A DNA stretch of 64,000 nt from assembly GCA_964595645.1 (NCBI GenBank), contig CAZQQT010000004.1, forward strand, positions 1 through 64,000. The letters run 5' to 3'. The stretch is from an uncultured Thermococci archaeon (GTDB lineage: Archaea; Methanobacteriota_B; Thermococci; Methanofastidiosales; B48-G16). Under the pieces are notes generated by a model. That model was not told the origin of the DNA, searched no databases, and worked only from the letters and a program-made list of their open reading frames with translations. Positions 39,058-50,016 of the stretch are shown one piece after another. The first letter of the stretch is position 1, and every line of letters starts with the position of its first letter. A program made the translations under genes and the position numbers.

Positions 39058-40203
39058 TTAATGTTCCCAGAGACCAATATTTCTTAGGAATTCCCTACTG
39101 TACGATCTGTCCATCATCATCCCTTTATGCTGGTACAGCCTCCTCTCCAGATGATCGAGCGTCAGGTAAAAGGCGTCTTGGGGACTCAGTCCGTTATCTC
39201 TAGCCACAAAGACACCACCTTCTGTTCCCAGTCTGATTCTACAGTTGAATACATCCTGCCCCTGAGAAGTCTCCCGTATTTTTTTAAAGTACACGAACAC
39301 ATCCCCACTTTTCAATATCTTCGCATACTTCTGAAGAACTTTTTCGAGGTGTTCGAGCATTTCTTCTCTATCAACAATCTCTTCAAGACCGGAAAAGGTA
39401 ATATAAAATCCTTTTCCTGTTCTAGGGACTGATATCTGCTCTAAAAAGTCTTTACCTGTAACAATTCCTCTAATGTTGTTTTTTTCTGTGATAGTGACAT
39501 ATGTTGATCCTCTAGAAAGCATTTTTTCTATTACTTCTTTAATTTTAGCTCCCGTCTCTATTTTCTCTACTCTAGTGCTCATGAGTTTTCTTGCAGGTAT
39601 ATCAAGACGAGAAAGCTTTTCACCAATGTATGTCCCCTCTTCTATCGAATCCAATGGAGCCACTACTTTTCTCAAGACATCGAACATTCGAATAATACCA
39701 ACAAGATCCTTTTTCTCATCTATCACCGGTAGGTGTGAGATATTGTGTTCATGGAGAATATTAATTATTTTGGCCAAAGGATCTTCTTCATGGACAAGGA
39801 TGAGATCCTGTGTCATTACATCATCGATCTTTTTTTCGCCAAGTTCCTTCTGTATTACCTTTTTCAAGATAGTATCCTGATCGACCACACCGATCATTTT
39901 TCCATTGTCGAAGACAGGGAGATTTTTTATATTGTTTTCTATCATGAGTTTCGAAATTTTCACCAGATTTGTATCGGGAGAAATTTTTGGAACTGAAAAT
40001 AAAAATTTTTTAACCTTTGTTTTTGGTTCTATTCTCGATCGTATTACCTTTCTATCAAGAAGGACACCTTTAAACTCTTTACCTTTGAAAACATAGAGTA
40101 CATTTCTATTCTTAAACTTTCGAATTACATCCTTGATAGGTGCACTATAATTAATCGTTTCGAAATCATTCGATACTATCTCTTTAGCTTGTATATTTTC
40201 CAT
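39058..40203 (-). CDS. Tandem CBS-domain protein with C-terminal HPF/RaiA-like domain (candidate ribosome hibernation factor)
   Basis: Four CBS repeats (LPVFDNGKMIGVV, LPVIDEKKDLVGII) then FNCRIRL....FVA..G....AF...LD.LERRL. Confidence 0.78.
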   Translation of the reverse strand: MENIQAKEIVSNDFETINYSAPIKDVIRKFKNRNVLYVFKGKEFKGVLLDRKVIRSRIEPKTKVKKFLFSVPKISPDTNLVKISKLMIENNIKNLPVFDNGKMIGVVDQDTILKKVIQKELGEKKIDDVMTQDLILVHEEDPLAKIINILHEHNISHLPVIDEKKDLVGIIRMFDVLRKVVAPLDSIEEGTYIGEKLSRLDIPARKLMSTRVEKIETGAKIKEVIEKMLSRGSTYVTITEKNNIRGIVTGKDFLEQISVPRTGKGFYITFSGLEEIVDREEMLEHLEKVLQKYAKILKSGDVFVYFKKIRETSQGQDVFNCRIRLGTEGGVFVARDNGLSPQDAFYLTLDHLERRLYQHKGMMMDRSYSREFLRNIGLWEH

Positions 40204-40246
40204 TTTTCCACCTCAAAAAAGAAAAGAAAGGAAAAAAGAGGAATTT

Positions 40247-40702
40247 TCATTCAATTTCGATTTTCTTTTTGGTGGAGATATCCTCAGGCCTTTTTGGCAT
40301 TGTTATCTCCAAGACACCATTGTTATACTTTGCTTTTATCTTGTCCTCTTCCACCTCTACAGGGAGAGGTATCGTTCTGTAATACCCTGCATAGCCTCTC
40401 TCCTGGTAGAAGTATCCTTCCTTTTCTTCTGTTTTTACTTTTCTTTTTGAAGCTTTTATAGTTAATGTGTTGTCTCCAAGATCTACATCAATATTCTCCT
40501 TGTCAACACCCGGAAGCTCGACCTGTACCAGGAGTTCATTGCCTTTATCTATGACATCAAGTGGTGGTTCTCTGTAGTTCGCCGGCCTTATTTCTCTTCC
40601 ACCCTCCTCTCTACCAGAAGTGAGAGGGGGTCTGGAGTAGAAATCACTGAACATCCGATCCATTTCCCTTTGCATTCTCCGTATTTCGTCAAATATATCC
40701 AT
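40247..40702 (-). CDS. Small heat shock protein Hsp20
   Basis: ELPGVDKENI, ER.Y....R.I.LP, AKYNNGVLEI..PK, IEIE tail. Confidence 0.95.
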   Translation of the reverse strand: MDIFDEIRRMQREMDRMFSDFYSRPPLTSGREEGGREIRPANYREPPLDVIDKGNELLVQVELPGVDKENIDVDLGDNTLTIKASKRKVKTEEKEGYFYQERGYAGYYRTIPLPVEVEEDKIKAKYNNGVLEITMPKRPEDISTKKKIEIE

Positions 40703-40856
40703 AGTTAGATCACCTCTTTTAACTTTTTTAATACCTTATTGTGATCCATCATTTAAAAATCTTTTGGTGCAGTATGTTATGGATATAACTAAATCTTACT
40801 ATCATTGATTAAAAGGTTTACCGAAAACTTTTTAAAGGCGGTCCTCACACTACTAC

Positions 40857-41282
40857 GTGAGAACTATGCCGAGGTTCAAAATCGTAATCAAGGATGAGGA
40901 ACTTCCCTTCGAAAGAGATGTGGATAAGTACATAAAATTCCTGTGCAAAGTGTTGGGACTGACCACGGGAAGAGATACGCAGGAGACCTCGTGTAAGGTT
41001 CTTAAGAAGATAATTGTGTATTCCAGTAACAAAGGTGTGACCTGCACAAAGGAAATCTGTGAAGACATAGGTATGAGCAGAGGTGCGGTGGTCAATCAGA
41101 TAAACAAGATGATTAAAGCTGGAATACTTAGAAAAGAAGGAAATTATTACGTTTTGAGAAGGAAAAATTTGCTCAGAACGATTTTAGAAATACGAAGAGA
41201 CACGTTACGTATGTTTGAAAGAATAGAAGAAATAGCTAAAGAATTAGATGAAGAAATGGGATTACCCAAAGAAAAGAGGTGA
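40857..41282 (+). CDS. Winged-helix transcriptional regulator
   Basis: TKEICEDIGMSRGAVVNQINKMIKAGIL HTH; coupled to cdc48; start may be ATG 40867. Confidence 0.8.
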   Translation: MRTMPRFKIVIKDEELPFERDVDKYIKFLCKVLGLTTGRDTQETSCKVLKKIIVYSSNKGVTCTKEICEDIGMSRGAVVNQINKMIKAGILRKEGNYYVLRRKNLLRTILEIRRDTLRMFERIEEIAKELDEEMGLPKEKR

Positions 41283-43435
41283 ATATTATGAAAGTAAAAG
41301 TTAAAGATGCACGTAAATCAGATTACGGTAGAGGAATAGTACGTCTCAGTCATCAAATATTTAATGAACTCGAACTGAGTTCCGGAGATGCCGTCCTGAT
41401 CGAAGGAAAAAAGAAAGCAGTAGGACTCGCCTGGAGATCGGACGAAGAAAAAGGAACGATACGAATGGACGGTGTACTACGACATAATGCCGGTGTAAGT
41501 ATAGATGACACGGTAGACATCAACAAAGTAGATTGTAAATCTGCAAAGGAAATAAAACTTGCTCCAACTCAGCAGATACGGTTTGACCAGGGATTTGTCA
41601 CGTACGTTCACAATAAGATCCTGAACAGACCCTTTGTCAGCGGAAATGTTGTTGTGATAGAGATCATGGGGAATGCGCTTCCACTCACCATCACAAACGT
41701 GAAACCAAAAGGTGTTGTGAGAGTTGTTACCGACACGAAGATTACGATCTCGGAAAAACCGCAACCCGTGAGTGAAGGATATACTGCCGTGAGTTACGAA
41801 GATATCGGCGGACTGGAAGAAGAGATAGAGCGGGTAAGAGAGATAGTCGAGGTGCCCATGAACCACCCTGAGGTATTCAAGAAACTGGGAATTACGCCTC
41901 CAAAGGGAGTACTGCTCCATGGACCGCCGGGTACAGGAAAGACGCTTCTGGCAAAGGCGGTGGCAAATGAGACAGACTCTCACTTTTTGGTGATCAATGG
42001 TCCCGAACTCATGTCAAAGTTTTATGGACAGAGCGAAGAGAATTTGAGAAATGTTTTTAAAGAAGCGAAGGAAAATGCGCCAAGCATTATCTTTATCGAT
42101 GAAATAGACAGCCTTGCTCCCAAACGTGGAGAAGTCACAGGAGATGTAGAAAAGCGAATCGTCTCACAGCTTCTCACGATAATGGATGGATTGGATCCGC
42201 GGGGTGACATCGTTGTTATCGCAGCAACTAATAGACCTGAAGATGTGGACGAGGCTCTGCGTAGACCCGGGAGATTTGATAGAGAAATAGAAATCAATAT
42301 GCCCACTAAAAATGGAAGGAAGGAGATTCTCCAGATCCACACCAGAAGCATGCCGTTGCAAGAGGTAGATCTCGATCACTACGCAGATATTACCCACGGC
42401 TACTCTGGAGCGGATATTGCCTCTCTATGTAGGGAAGCGGGAATGAATGCGTTACGACGGATCGTTCCTGATCTGAAAAAGAGTGACGAAGTTCTCTCCA
42501 AAGAGATTATAGAAAACCTCAATGTCACAGATGAAGACTTCTACAATGCGTACAAACGAGTGGAACCTTCCACCATGAGAGAAGCACTTATAGAGGTTCC
42601 GAAGATAGAATGGAAAGATATCGGCGGACTAGATGAAGTAGAAGAAGAACTCAAGGAAATGGTTGAGTGGCCGCTGCTCTATCCTCATCTCTTCGAAGAG
42701 GGGGGAATAGAAACACCGAGGGGTATTCTACTCTATGGACCACCTGGTACGGGAAAAACACTCTTGGCCAAAGCCGTGGCAAATGAAAGTAACGCAAACT
42801 TTATCTCTGTTAAGGGACCAGAACTTCTCTCAAAATGGGTCGGTGAAAGCGAAAAAGGTATCCGAAAGGTATTTTCCCGTGCACGTCAGGCGGCTCCCAC
42901 CGTTATCTTCTTTGATGAGATAGATAGCCTTGCTGGGATACGTGGTTCGGATAACTCTCAGGTCACGGAACGGGTCGTCGCACAGCTGCTCTCAGAGCTG
43001 GACGGCATCGCCCCACTTAAAGATGTTGTAGTAATTGCAGCAACGAACAGACCGGATCTTGTGGATAAAGCACTCCTTCGACCGGGAAGACTTGAAAAAA
43101 TGATCTTCACCCCGATGCCAAACAAGGAAGCTCGGAAAGAGATCTTTAACGTGCACACAAAGAAAATGAATTTAGCAGAGAGTATTGAGTTGGATGCACT
43201 GGCAGACCGTACCCACGGCTACTCTGGTGCAGACATCGCTGCAGTCTGCAGAGAAGCAGGAATGAATGCGGTGAGAAAGGCTGTGAATGAAGGTGGAAAG
43301 AAAATGAAAAAGATTACTATGGAAGACTTCGACGCAGCACTGAAAAAAATAGAACCTTCTGTAGACAAAGAACAGATGGAACAGTTGCAGAAAATGAAAA
43401 AGAGAAACCCCAAATACAGCAATGTCTACCGATAA
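41279..43435 (+). CDS. cdc48: CDC48/VCP family AAA ATPase
   Basis: N-domain plus two AAA cassettes [16 protein letters not shown]. Confidence 0.97.
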   Translation: MNIMKVKVKDARKSDYGRGIVRLSHQIFNELELSSGDAVLIEGKKKAVGLAWRSDEEKGTIRMDGVLRHNAGVSIDDTVDINKVDCKSAKEIKLAPTQQIRFDQGFVTYVHNKILNRPFVSGNVVVIEIMGNALPLTITNVKPKGVVRVVTDTKITISEKPQPVSEGYTAVSYEDIGGLEEEIERVREIVEVPMNHPEVFKKLGITPPKGVLLHGPPGTGKTLLAKAVANETDSHFLVINGPELMSKFYGQSEENLRNVFKEAKENAPSIIFIDEIDSLAPKRGEVTGDVEKRIVSQLLTIMDGLDPRGDIVVIAATNRPEDVDEALRRPGRFDREIEINMPTKNGRKEILQIHTRSMPLQEVDLDHYADITHGYSGADIASLCREAGMNALRRIVPDLKKSDEVLSKEIIENLNVTDEDFYNAYKRVEPSTMREALIEVPKIEWKDIGGLDEVEEELKEMVEWPLLYPHLFEEGGIETPRGILLYGPPGTGKTLLAKAVANESNANFISVKGPELLSKWVGESEKGIRKVFSRARQAAPTVIFFDEIDSLAGIRGSDNSQVTERVVAQLLSELDGIAPLKDVVVIAATNRPDLVDKALLRPGRLEKMIFTPMPNKEARKEIFNVHTKKMNLAESIELDALADRTHGYSGADIAAVCREAGMNAVRKAVNEGGKKMKKITMEDFDAALKKIEPSVDKEQMEQLQKMKKRNPKYSNVYR

Positions 43436-43466
43436 CTCATTCCTCTTTTTTCTTTTGTTATTATCG

Positions 43467-44633
43467 CTATTCTCCGTAATCTTTTTTGAACGGCGAAATC
43501 TCCCTGAGGTTTCCAACGACCTCTGGAAGCACTTCGAGCAGATAATCAACATCCTCCTCCGTGTTGTCCTTCCCCAACGTGAGTCGCAAGGACCCGTGGG
43601 CTTCCTCCGGTTTTAATCCAATAGCGAGGAGTACGTGACTTGGTTTCAGTGACTTTGATGAACACGCAGATCCAGTGGATGTCTCAATCCCTTTTGAGTC
43701 CAGTGAGAGTACTAACGACTCTCCTTCAATGAATTTGAAACTAAAGTTGGCGTTTATCGGCAGTCTTTTTGTTGGATGACCATTGAGATACGTGTTATCA
43801 ATTTCTAACACATTTTTGATTATTTTATCGCGCATTTTCTCTATCCGCGGTATTACATCCGGTCGTTCTTCTTCACCTAGCCTCATAGCTTCTCCAAACC
43901 CGACAATGCCGGCGATATTTTCCGTGCCAGAACGCAGCCCTCGCTCATGTCCTCCTCCATGAAGCAGTGGGTCAATTGTAATTCCTTTCCTCGCGAAAAG
44001 ACATCCTACTCCCTTGGGCCCGTAGAGTTTGTGAGAAGAGACGGTGAGCATATCCACACCCATTTCATCTACATCTATCGGGAGTTTCGTGACGCTCTGT
44101 ACCGCATCCGTATGGAGGTACGCGTTGGAATCTCTCACGATTTCACCTATTTTTTTCATGTCTTGGAGGGTACCGATCTCGTTGTTTGCGTGCATGATGG
44201 AGACGAGAATTGTCTCCTCTCTTAGCGAAGACTCGAGATCACCGTGATCGATCAATCCGTTCTCATCCACGTTCAGATATGTGACTTCAAATCCCCGTTT
44301 TTCGAGCCATTTGCACGCATTCAAAATACAGTCATGCTCGATTTTCGTGGTAACGATATGTGTCCCTTCTTCTTTTCTGGCAAAGGCAGTACCTTTTATC
44401 GCAGTATTGTTGGATTCCGTACCTCCTGAGGTAAAATATATCTCCGAGGGCTTTGCATGAATCACCTTGGCAACCTTCTCCCTCGCATCTTCCATCGCCC
44501 TTTGAGCATTCTGACCGAGGGTGTGGAGAGAGGATGCATTCCCGTACTTCTCGCTGAAATACGGCTTCATTACATCCATAACACGGTCGTCCACAGGGGT
44601 GGTTGCAGAATGATCCATATAGATTCTTTTCAT
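43467..44633 (-). CDS. iscS: Cysteine desulfurase IscS/NifS
   Basis: DHSATTP, SSHKLYGPKG, RSGTEN, GSACSS, SLRLTLG. Confidence 0.95.
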   Translation of the reverse strand: MKRIYMDHSATTPVDDRVMDVMKPYFSEKYGNASSLHTLGQNAQRAMEDAREKVAKVIHAKPSEIYFTSGGTESNNTAIKGTAFARKEEGTHIVTTKIEHDCILNACKWLEKRGFEVTYLNVDENGLIDHGDLESSLREETILVSIMHANNEIGTLQDMKKIGEIVRDSNAYLHTDAVQSVTKLPIDVDEMGVDMLTVSSHKLYGPKGVGCLFARKGITIDPLLHGGGHERGLRSGTENIAGIVGFGEAMRLGEEERPDVIPRIEKMRDKIIKNVLEIDNTYLNGHPTKRLPINANFSFKFIEGESLVLSLDSKGIETSTGSACSSKSLKPSHVLLAIGLKPEEAHGSLRLTLGKDNTEEDVDYLLEVLPEVVGNLREISPFKKDYGE

Positions 44634-45001
44634 TCTTTCACCCCGTTTCTATAGTTGTTAATAGCATTTTTTAATCCGTCTGCAGCAAGGTTTGAACAGT
44701 GCATTTTTATAGGGGGCAGTCCTTCAAGTGCATCCGCCACATCATCTTTTGTGATTTTTTCTGCTTCTTCAAGTGTTTTCCCCTTTGCAAGTTCTGTGAT
44801 CATAGAGGAGGTAGCAATTGCCGCCGCACACCCCATGGTTTCCCAGCCTATGTCCTGAATTCGGTTATCCTTCACCTTGATATAGATGTGCATTACATCG
44901 CCGCAGACAGGGTTCCCTACCTTGCCCACTGCATCATGCTCCTCGAGTTTTCCTTTATTCCTCGGATTTTGAAAATGATCAATCACCTTCTGAGAGTACA
45001 T
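44630..45001 (-). CDS. iscU: Fe-S cluster scaffold IscU/NifU
   Basis: MYSQKVIDHFQNPRN, GNPVCGD, GCAAAIA, LPPIKMHCS; start ATG 45001. Confidence 0.95.
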   Translation of the reverse strand: MYSQKVIDHFQNPRNKGKLEEHDAVGKVGNPVCGDVMHIYIKVKDNRIQDIGWETMGCAAAIATSSMITELAKGKTLEEAEKITKDDVADALEGLPPIKMHCSNLAADGLKNAINNYRNGVKE

Positions 45002-45073
45002 GGAAGATATAACGCTGTTATAGTTTAAAAAGGTTTGGATAACATTTTTCAAGGGGGAGGGAAAGGGGAGAGT

Positions 45074-45460
45074 ATGAACATAGTCATTATTCTTGGAAGT
45101 GAAAGCGATATGCCGGTGGCCAAAAAGGTTACCAAGGTGTTGAATGAACATGGGGTACCGTACGATTTAGAAGTAGCCTCTGCGCATCGAGAACCAGAGA
45201 AAGTACGCGAACTCGCAACAAAAAATTGCAAGGTATTTATCTGTATTGCCGGCCTTTCGGCTGCCCTGCCTGGTGTTGTAGCATCACACACGAACAAACC
45301 GGTGATAGGCGTTCCTGTCTCCGCCAAACTTGGAGGGATTGACGCGTTACTCTCCATCGTCCAGATGCCCAAGGGAGTACCTGTAGCATGTGTGGGGATA
45401 GATAATGGGCAGAATGCTGCTCATCTCGCCATGCGGATCCTCAACGTGGGCTCAGAGTGA
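45074..45460 (+). CDS. purE: N5-CAIR mutase / AIR carboxylase PurE
   Basis: [31 protein letters not shown]; start ATG 45074. Confidence 0.93.
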   Translation: MNIVIILGSESDMPVAKKVTKVLNEHGVPYDLEVASAHREPEKVRELATKNCKVFICIAGLSAALPGVVASHTNKPVIGVPVSAKLGGIDALLSIVQMPKGVPVACVGIDNGQNAAHLAMRILNVGSE

Positions 45461-46045
45461 GGAGTAATAGTAGTTGATTGCCTCATTGATATCTTCTCTA
45501 TTAATCTCCGGGAAGTACTTATCTATAAAATACTCTTCGGTAAACTCATCTGTGGTTGATGATGATTTTTTTCCTATCTCTATCAGTAGATCAACCTTTT
45601 TACTTTTCCACTTCTCAAAATTCTCCATTTTCCTTTTTTGAGAGTTATATCCTATAAAAATGTACAGAATTTTTTTATTAAAATCCTTCGTGGCTTCCTG
45701 GAGTTCATTCATTGCTCTGATGTAATACTTTGGAAGTTTGGAAAAATTCCCGACAAAATGTACCCCGATCTCTCCCTTCATTATTGTATCATCTGAAAGA
45801 AGATTTTTGTAGGTAGTAGATTCCACCTCAAAGATGGGAATGAGCTCCTCTTCCTCTCTCGTGGTGATGGCTTCATAGGATAGACCATAAAAGGTAAAAT
45901 TCTCTATTTCATGGTCCTGGAATACCCATGTGATGAGATCTAAAAACTTCCCTGAAGAAAAATCGTAGGCGTCCATCAGAGAAAGTTTATGTTTCTCGGC
46001 ATACTTCCTTATACCATGAGGAACAAGTACCATATGATGGAGCAT
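45452..46045 (-). CDS. cis-prenyltransferase (UPP synthase) fold protein with degenerate active site
   Basis: [13 protein letters not shown] (cf. H...DGNRR), TFYGLS, VHFVG, IGY, VDLLI, YF....FPE. Confidence 0.7.
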   Translation of the reverse strand: MLHHMVLVPHGIRKYAEKHKLSLMDAYDFSSGKFLDLITWVFQDHEIENFTFYGLSYEAITTREEEELIPIFEVESTTYKNLLSDDTIMKGEIGVHFVGNFSKLPKYYIRAMNELQEATKDFNKKILYIFIGYNSQKRKMENFEKWKSKKVDLLIEIGKKSSSTTDEFTEEYFIDKYFPEINREDINEAINYYYSSL

Positions 46046-46109
46046 GCACGTAACGTTACTCTCCTGAGTTATAAACCTTTTCTTTTATGGCCATAAAATA
46101 GGTGGTGCA

Positions 46110-46601
46110 TTATCGAATGGAAACAACGTGGTGGCGTTTAATCAAATGTTCTATTTCTTCGAGGACTTTTTGGAAATTTTTTATCTCTTGTTCGGCAAAA
46201 TTAAATTCTAATTGAATTATATCCTCATTATGGTCCATTATATTGTTAAATGTCGTTTCCATGCTCTCTATGGAAAGTAAATTTTTACAAAAGTCCTTAG
46301 CCCCATACACTGAGATTTTATACTCCATAGCCAAAAGATCATCGATAAACCCTTTCGAGAGGGACTCTTTCTGTACACCGAGAACGAGATAGAAGGTAGT
46401 GAGATCATGTCCTACCTCTCCGAGTCCCTTCACGAAAAAGGTGGGTATTGGATAGTCCTGCTTTTCCCATTCGTTATCTATCCTGATATAATTTCCAAAA
46501 CTGCATTGTATATCTGTTGTTTCAAATGGAAGGTCCTTTCTTACATGTCTCATCATATTCCACACGTTGTTCATCCACGTGTGAAGTTTCTTTTCCATCA
46601 T
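46110..46601 (-). CDS. DUF3201-like hypothetical protein
   Basis: FGNYIRIDNEW...YPIP.F, EVG, YGAKDF pattern as recalled for Thermococcales/Thermotogales DUF3201. Confidence 0.6.
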   Translation of the reverse strand: MMEKKLHTWMNNVWNMMRHVRKDLPFETTDIQCSFGNYIRIDNEWEKQDYPIPTFFVKGLGEVGHDLTTFYLVLGVQKESLSKGFIDDLLAMEYKISVYGAKDFCKNLLSIESMETTFNNIMDHNEDIIQLEFNFAEQEIKNFQKVLEEIEHLIKRHHVVSIR

Positions 46602-46723
46602 ACTAAAGAATTTCGTTGTATCTATTTAAGATTTTGTTCTGCGGGTATGAAACTCCAAAGGGGAGTTCGTGATGGCGGTGACAATGAATAAAAATTTAAA
46701 GCATCATCTCTAGTGTAGTATAT

Positions 46724-49348
46724 ATGGATACGAAAGAGCTCAAGGAACTATTCAGAAAAAAAGCATCCGATAATTACGAAGATTTTTTTGCTGTGAACAC
46801 TCTGGGAGCCCATGGATTCCAGCGAAGTAGATGCAAGAAATGTGGTAAGTATTTCTGGAGTACAACAAAAAAGGAAACCTGTGGAGACCCATCCTGTCAG
46901 GAAAGATACAGCTTTATAGGAGAAGAACCGTATGTAGAACTCTCCTATATCGGGGTGTGGAAAGAGTTTTCTGCACTTTTTGAAACACGAGGATATAGCA
47001 CAATCCCGCGGTATCCCGTAGTTGCACGATGGAGAGATGATGTAGACTTTGTCAACGCCTCCATTTACGATTTTCAGCCACATGTGGTCTCCGGGGAGGT
47101 GGATCCACCAGCAAATCCACTGGTAGTACCACAATTTTCGCTCCGATTTAATGATATCGATAATGTTGGGATCACGGGATCGCACTACACGGGTTTTGTG
47201 ATGATTGGTCAGCACGCCTTTGAACCTCCGGAACGGTACGATCAGGAAAAATACTTTGAAGATATTTACATATGGCTTACAGAAAGTCTGAAAATTCCAA
47301 AAGAAGAGCTCTCCTTCCATGAAGATGGGTGGGCAGGAGGAGGTAACGGAGGATGCTGCATGGAGTTCTTCTCCAAAGGGCTTGAGCTCGGAAACCAGGT
47401 ATATATGATGTACGATGTAACACCATCCGGATTTACACCGTTGGACACTAAGGTGCTGGATATGGGTGCAGGACAGGAACGGTTCGCATGGTACTGTAAT
47501 CCCGCACATACCTCGTACGAAGCGGTCTTTCCCACGGTGTGCGAGTACCTTTACACGCGAACGGGCCATACGCCCAGTGAAAAGGTGCTGCAGTTTTTGC
47601 CGTACTCGGGTCTCCTCAATCTCGACGAGGTTGATAACATTGAGAAGGTATGGGAAAAGATAAGTGAAAAGATAGATATCCCTCCCAAAGAACTCAAAGA
47701 TATTATTCTCCCGTTGTCACAGATATATAGCCTTGCTGATCACGCACGGACACTCTTATTTGCGTTATCTGATGGTGCTCTCCCCTCTAACGTCGGAGGA
47801 GGATACAATCTACGCGTCATCTACCGAAGAATGGCAGATTTTATTGAGAAAAATGGGTGGGATCTAGAGGTTCCAAAACTCATCGAAACGCATGCAACAT
47901 TCCTAAGAGATGAGTTCCCTACACTCACGGAAAATCTGAATGATGTCATGGAAATACTGAAGGTAGAAGATGAGAAATATAGAAGAATGAAAAAGAAATC
48001 AGGAAAAATTATCGGTAATTTACTTAAAAATAAAGAGAGTATAAGCTCCGAAAAGCTCTTAGAGCTCTATGACTCCCATGGGATCTCGCCAGACATGTTG
48101 AAGGAAAGTGGGCTCGATATCACGATTCCCTCAAATTTTTATGCTAAAATCGCCTCACGACATGAAAAGAAAGGAGAAAAAGAAGAAAAGAAAAAAGAGG
48201 AAGAAAAACTTTCATATTCTCCCACAGAGCTTCTTTTTTATAAAGACTGGAAAATGAAAGAGTTTGAAGCCACCGTGATAGGCATTGAAGATGATTGGAT
48301 CGTTCTCGACAGAACATGTTTCTACCCGGAAGCAGGAGGCCAGATATACGACATCGGGACAATCGATGGAACGACGGTGCATGAAGTAAAAAAAGTGGGA
48401 GGTGTAGTACTGCATCACGTAACGGGAGATTTTGAGAAGGGACAGAAGATCACAGGAAAGATCAACTGGGAGCGACGGTTAACACTGACCAGACACCACA
48501 CCGCTGCCCACATCATCAATGGAGCTGCCCGGAGAATCCTTGGGAATCACATCTGGCAGGCAGGTGCCAAGAAAACGGTGGAAAAAGCAAGACTGGATAT
48601 CACCCACTACGAAGGACTGGACAGAAATACACTCAACGAGATAGAAAAATATGCCAATGAAATTGTGTTAGAAGGAAGAACAGTAGAAAAATCGGTGATG
48701 AAACGGGACGAAGCCGAGAAAAAGTACGGATTTAGACTGTATCAAGGGGGAGCTGTGCCCGGAAAGGAACTGCGGATCGTGAATATAGAGGATTTCGATG
48801 TAGAAGCCTGTGGTGGAACTCACTGTGACTCAACAAGTGAAGTGGGGTTTATCAAGATACTAAGATCTGAAAAAATCCAGGACGATGTAGTCCGGTTGGA
48901 GTTTGCCGCGGGACTCAAAGCACTGGATTACGTGCAGAAAAACGAACAGATGCTGGAGGATGTGGGAACAATCTTCAGAGTACCAAGAAAAAATGTTGCG
49001 AAGACAGCAAAACGGTTCTTCAAGGAATGGAAGGAACGAGGAAAGGAGATAGATCGATTAAAGGAAGAGATATCAAAACTAAAAATGGCACAGCTTAAAG
49101 AGGAATTTGTAGAGAAAAATGGGCTCCGATTCTTGGAAAAAGAGATAGAGGGAGGACCAAAGGTACTACGAGAGACCGCCACCGCTCTTGCAGAAGAAGA
49201 CACCGTGATCGTGCTCACAAACGGTAGAAATCTTGTATGTATGTGTGGTGACAACGCAATAAAAAGGGGATATAGTGCAAATGAATATATACAGAACTTT
49301 GGAAAGGGAGGGGGGAACAAACATATGGCCCAAGGAGTGAAAGAATGA
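46724..49348 (+). CDS. alaS: Alanyl-tRNA synthetase (archaeal type)
   Basis: RYPVVARWR, ASIYDFQP, WAGGGNGG, GLELGN, DH.R, HHTAAH, CGGTH editing site, GGG...AQG. Confidence 0.97.
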   Translation: MDTKELKELFRKKASDNYEDFFAVNTLGAHGFQRSRCKKCGKYFWSTTKKETCGDPSCQERYSFIGEEPYVELSYIGVWKEFSALFETRGYSTIPRYPVVARWRDDVDFVNASIYDFQPHVVSGEVDPPANPLVVPQFSLRFNDIDNVGITGSHYTGFVMIGQHAFEPPERYDQEKYFEDIYIWLTESLKIPKEELSFHEDGWAGGGNGGCCMEFFSKGLELGNQVYMMYDVTPSGFTPLDTKVLDMGAGQERFAWYCNPAHTSYEAVFPTVCEYLYTRTGHTPSEKVLQFLPYSGLLNLDEVDNIEKVWEKISEKIDIPPKELKDIILPLSQIYSLADHARTLLFALSDGALPSNVGGGYNLRVIYRRMADFIEKNGWDLEVPKLIETHATFLRDEFPTLTENLNDVMEILKVEDEKYRRMKKKSGKIIGNLLKNKESISSEKLLELYDSHGISPDMLKESGLDITIPSNFYAKIASRHEKKGEKEEKKKEEEKLSYSPTELLFYKDWKMKEFEATVIGIEDDWIVLDRTCFYPEAGGQIYDIGTIDGTTVHEVKKVGGVVLHHVTGDFEKGQKITGKINWERRLTLTRHHTAAHIINGAARRILGNHIWQAGAKKTVEKARLDITHYEGLDRNTLNEIEKYANEIVLEGRTVEKSVMKRDEAEKKYGFRLYQGGAVPGKELRIVNIEDFDVEACGGTHCDSTSEVGFIKILRSEKIQDDVVRLEFAAGLKALDYVQKNEQMLEDVGTIFRVPRKNVAKTAKRFFKEWKERGKEIDRLKEEISKLKMAQLKEEFVEKNGLRFLEKEIEGGPKVLRETATALAEEDTVIVLTNGRNLVCMCGDNAIKRGYSANEYIQNFGKGGGNKHMAQGVKE

Positions 49349-50016
49349 AGAATGGCATTGACTATTTTGTCGCCCTGTTGCTCATTCTCTGTCTCGTAGC
49401 CTTCATCTACCCCTATTTCTCGCAACATAGGTTTGAAGAAGATATCTTCACAGACACGAAAACAGCCATAGAGAGAATCAAAGAAATAGAGAAAGAAGGG
49501 CATTTCTATATCCTCACTATCGAAGGATGGTGGAACTCCGATAATGCAAAGTTTGAAGAAGAAGTGTTCCTTATCGATCATACTGAGACAGCTATCACAG
49601 CAATACGAAAGAACAGGCGAATCGTGACCGTTGGTGATATCCACAATCTCAAAACAAATATTCGAAGCTCCCATATTGAGATAGAAAAAAAGAATGAGAA
49701 AGTATATACCTTTGAAATCGATGTGAACACTGATTTTGAGGGGTTGGGAAAGAAAACAGCTAAACATCCTATCGAACATGTGATACATACGGCGATCTCG
49801 GGAACACTCCATCTAAAAGAGTTGAGTGAACTATCCGCAGTAGAAGAGAGAAAACTAAATCACGAGTTACGACAGGAGTTCTTCTACTGTAAAAAAATAG
49901 AGTTGCGCGGAAAGAACCTCCATGTAGAATTTCTCAGCACAAAGTACCTTGATGAGTTAGAAAAAATCTACAATGGAGATGTAGAGGGAGAGATCATAGT
50001 ATACGTGAGGTATTAA
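49345..50016 (+). CDS. Hypothetical protein with N-terminal membrane anchor
   Basis: ATGA overlap with alaS; N-terminal TM helix. Confidence 0.7.
   Translation: MKNGIDYFVALLLILCLVAFIYPYFSQHRFEEDIFTDTKTAIERIKEIEKEGHFYILTIEGWWNSDNAKFEEEVFLIDHTETAITAIRKNRRIVTVGDIHNLKTNIRSSHIEIEKKNEKVYTFEIDVNTDFEGLGKKTAKHPIEHVIHTAISGTLHLKELSELSAVEERKLNHELRQEFFYCKKIELRGKNLHVEFLSTKYLDELEKIYNGDVEGEIIVYVRY

Noticed and set aside
46651-46667. AACTCC-AAAGG-GGAGTT hairpin upstream of alaS as a riboswitch or sRNA
   Set aside because: Only a 6-bp stem, no recognisable motif, and upstream of the apparent TATA box
48928-49812. Long antisense ORFs (294 aa here; others over alaS, uvrA, cdc48 and the DUF4097 gene)
   Set aside because: Expected by-products of purine-rich coding strands; Phe/Ser-rich with no motifs
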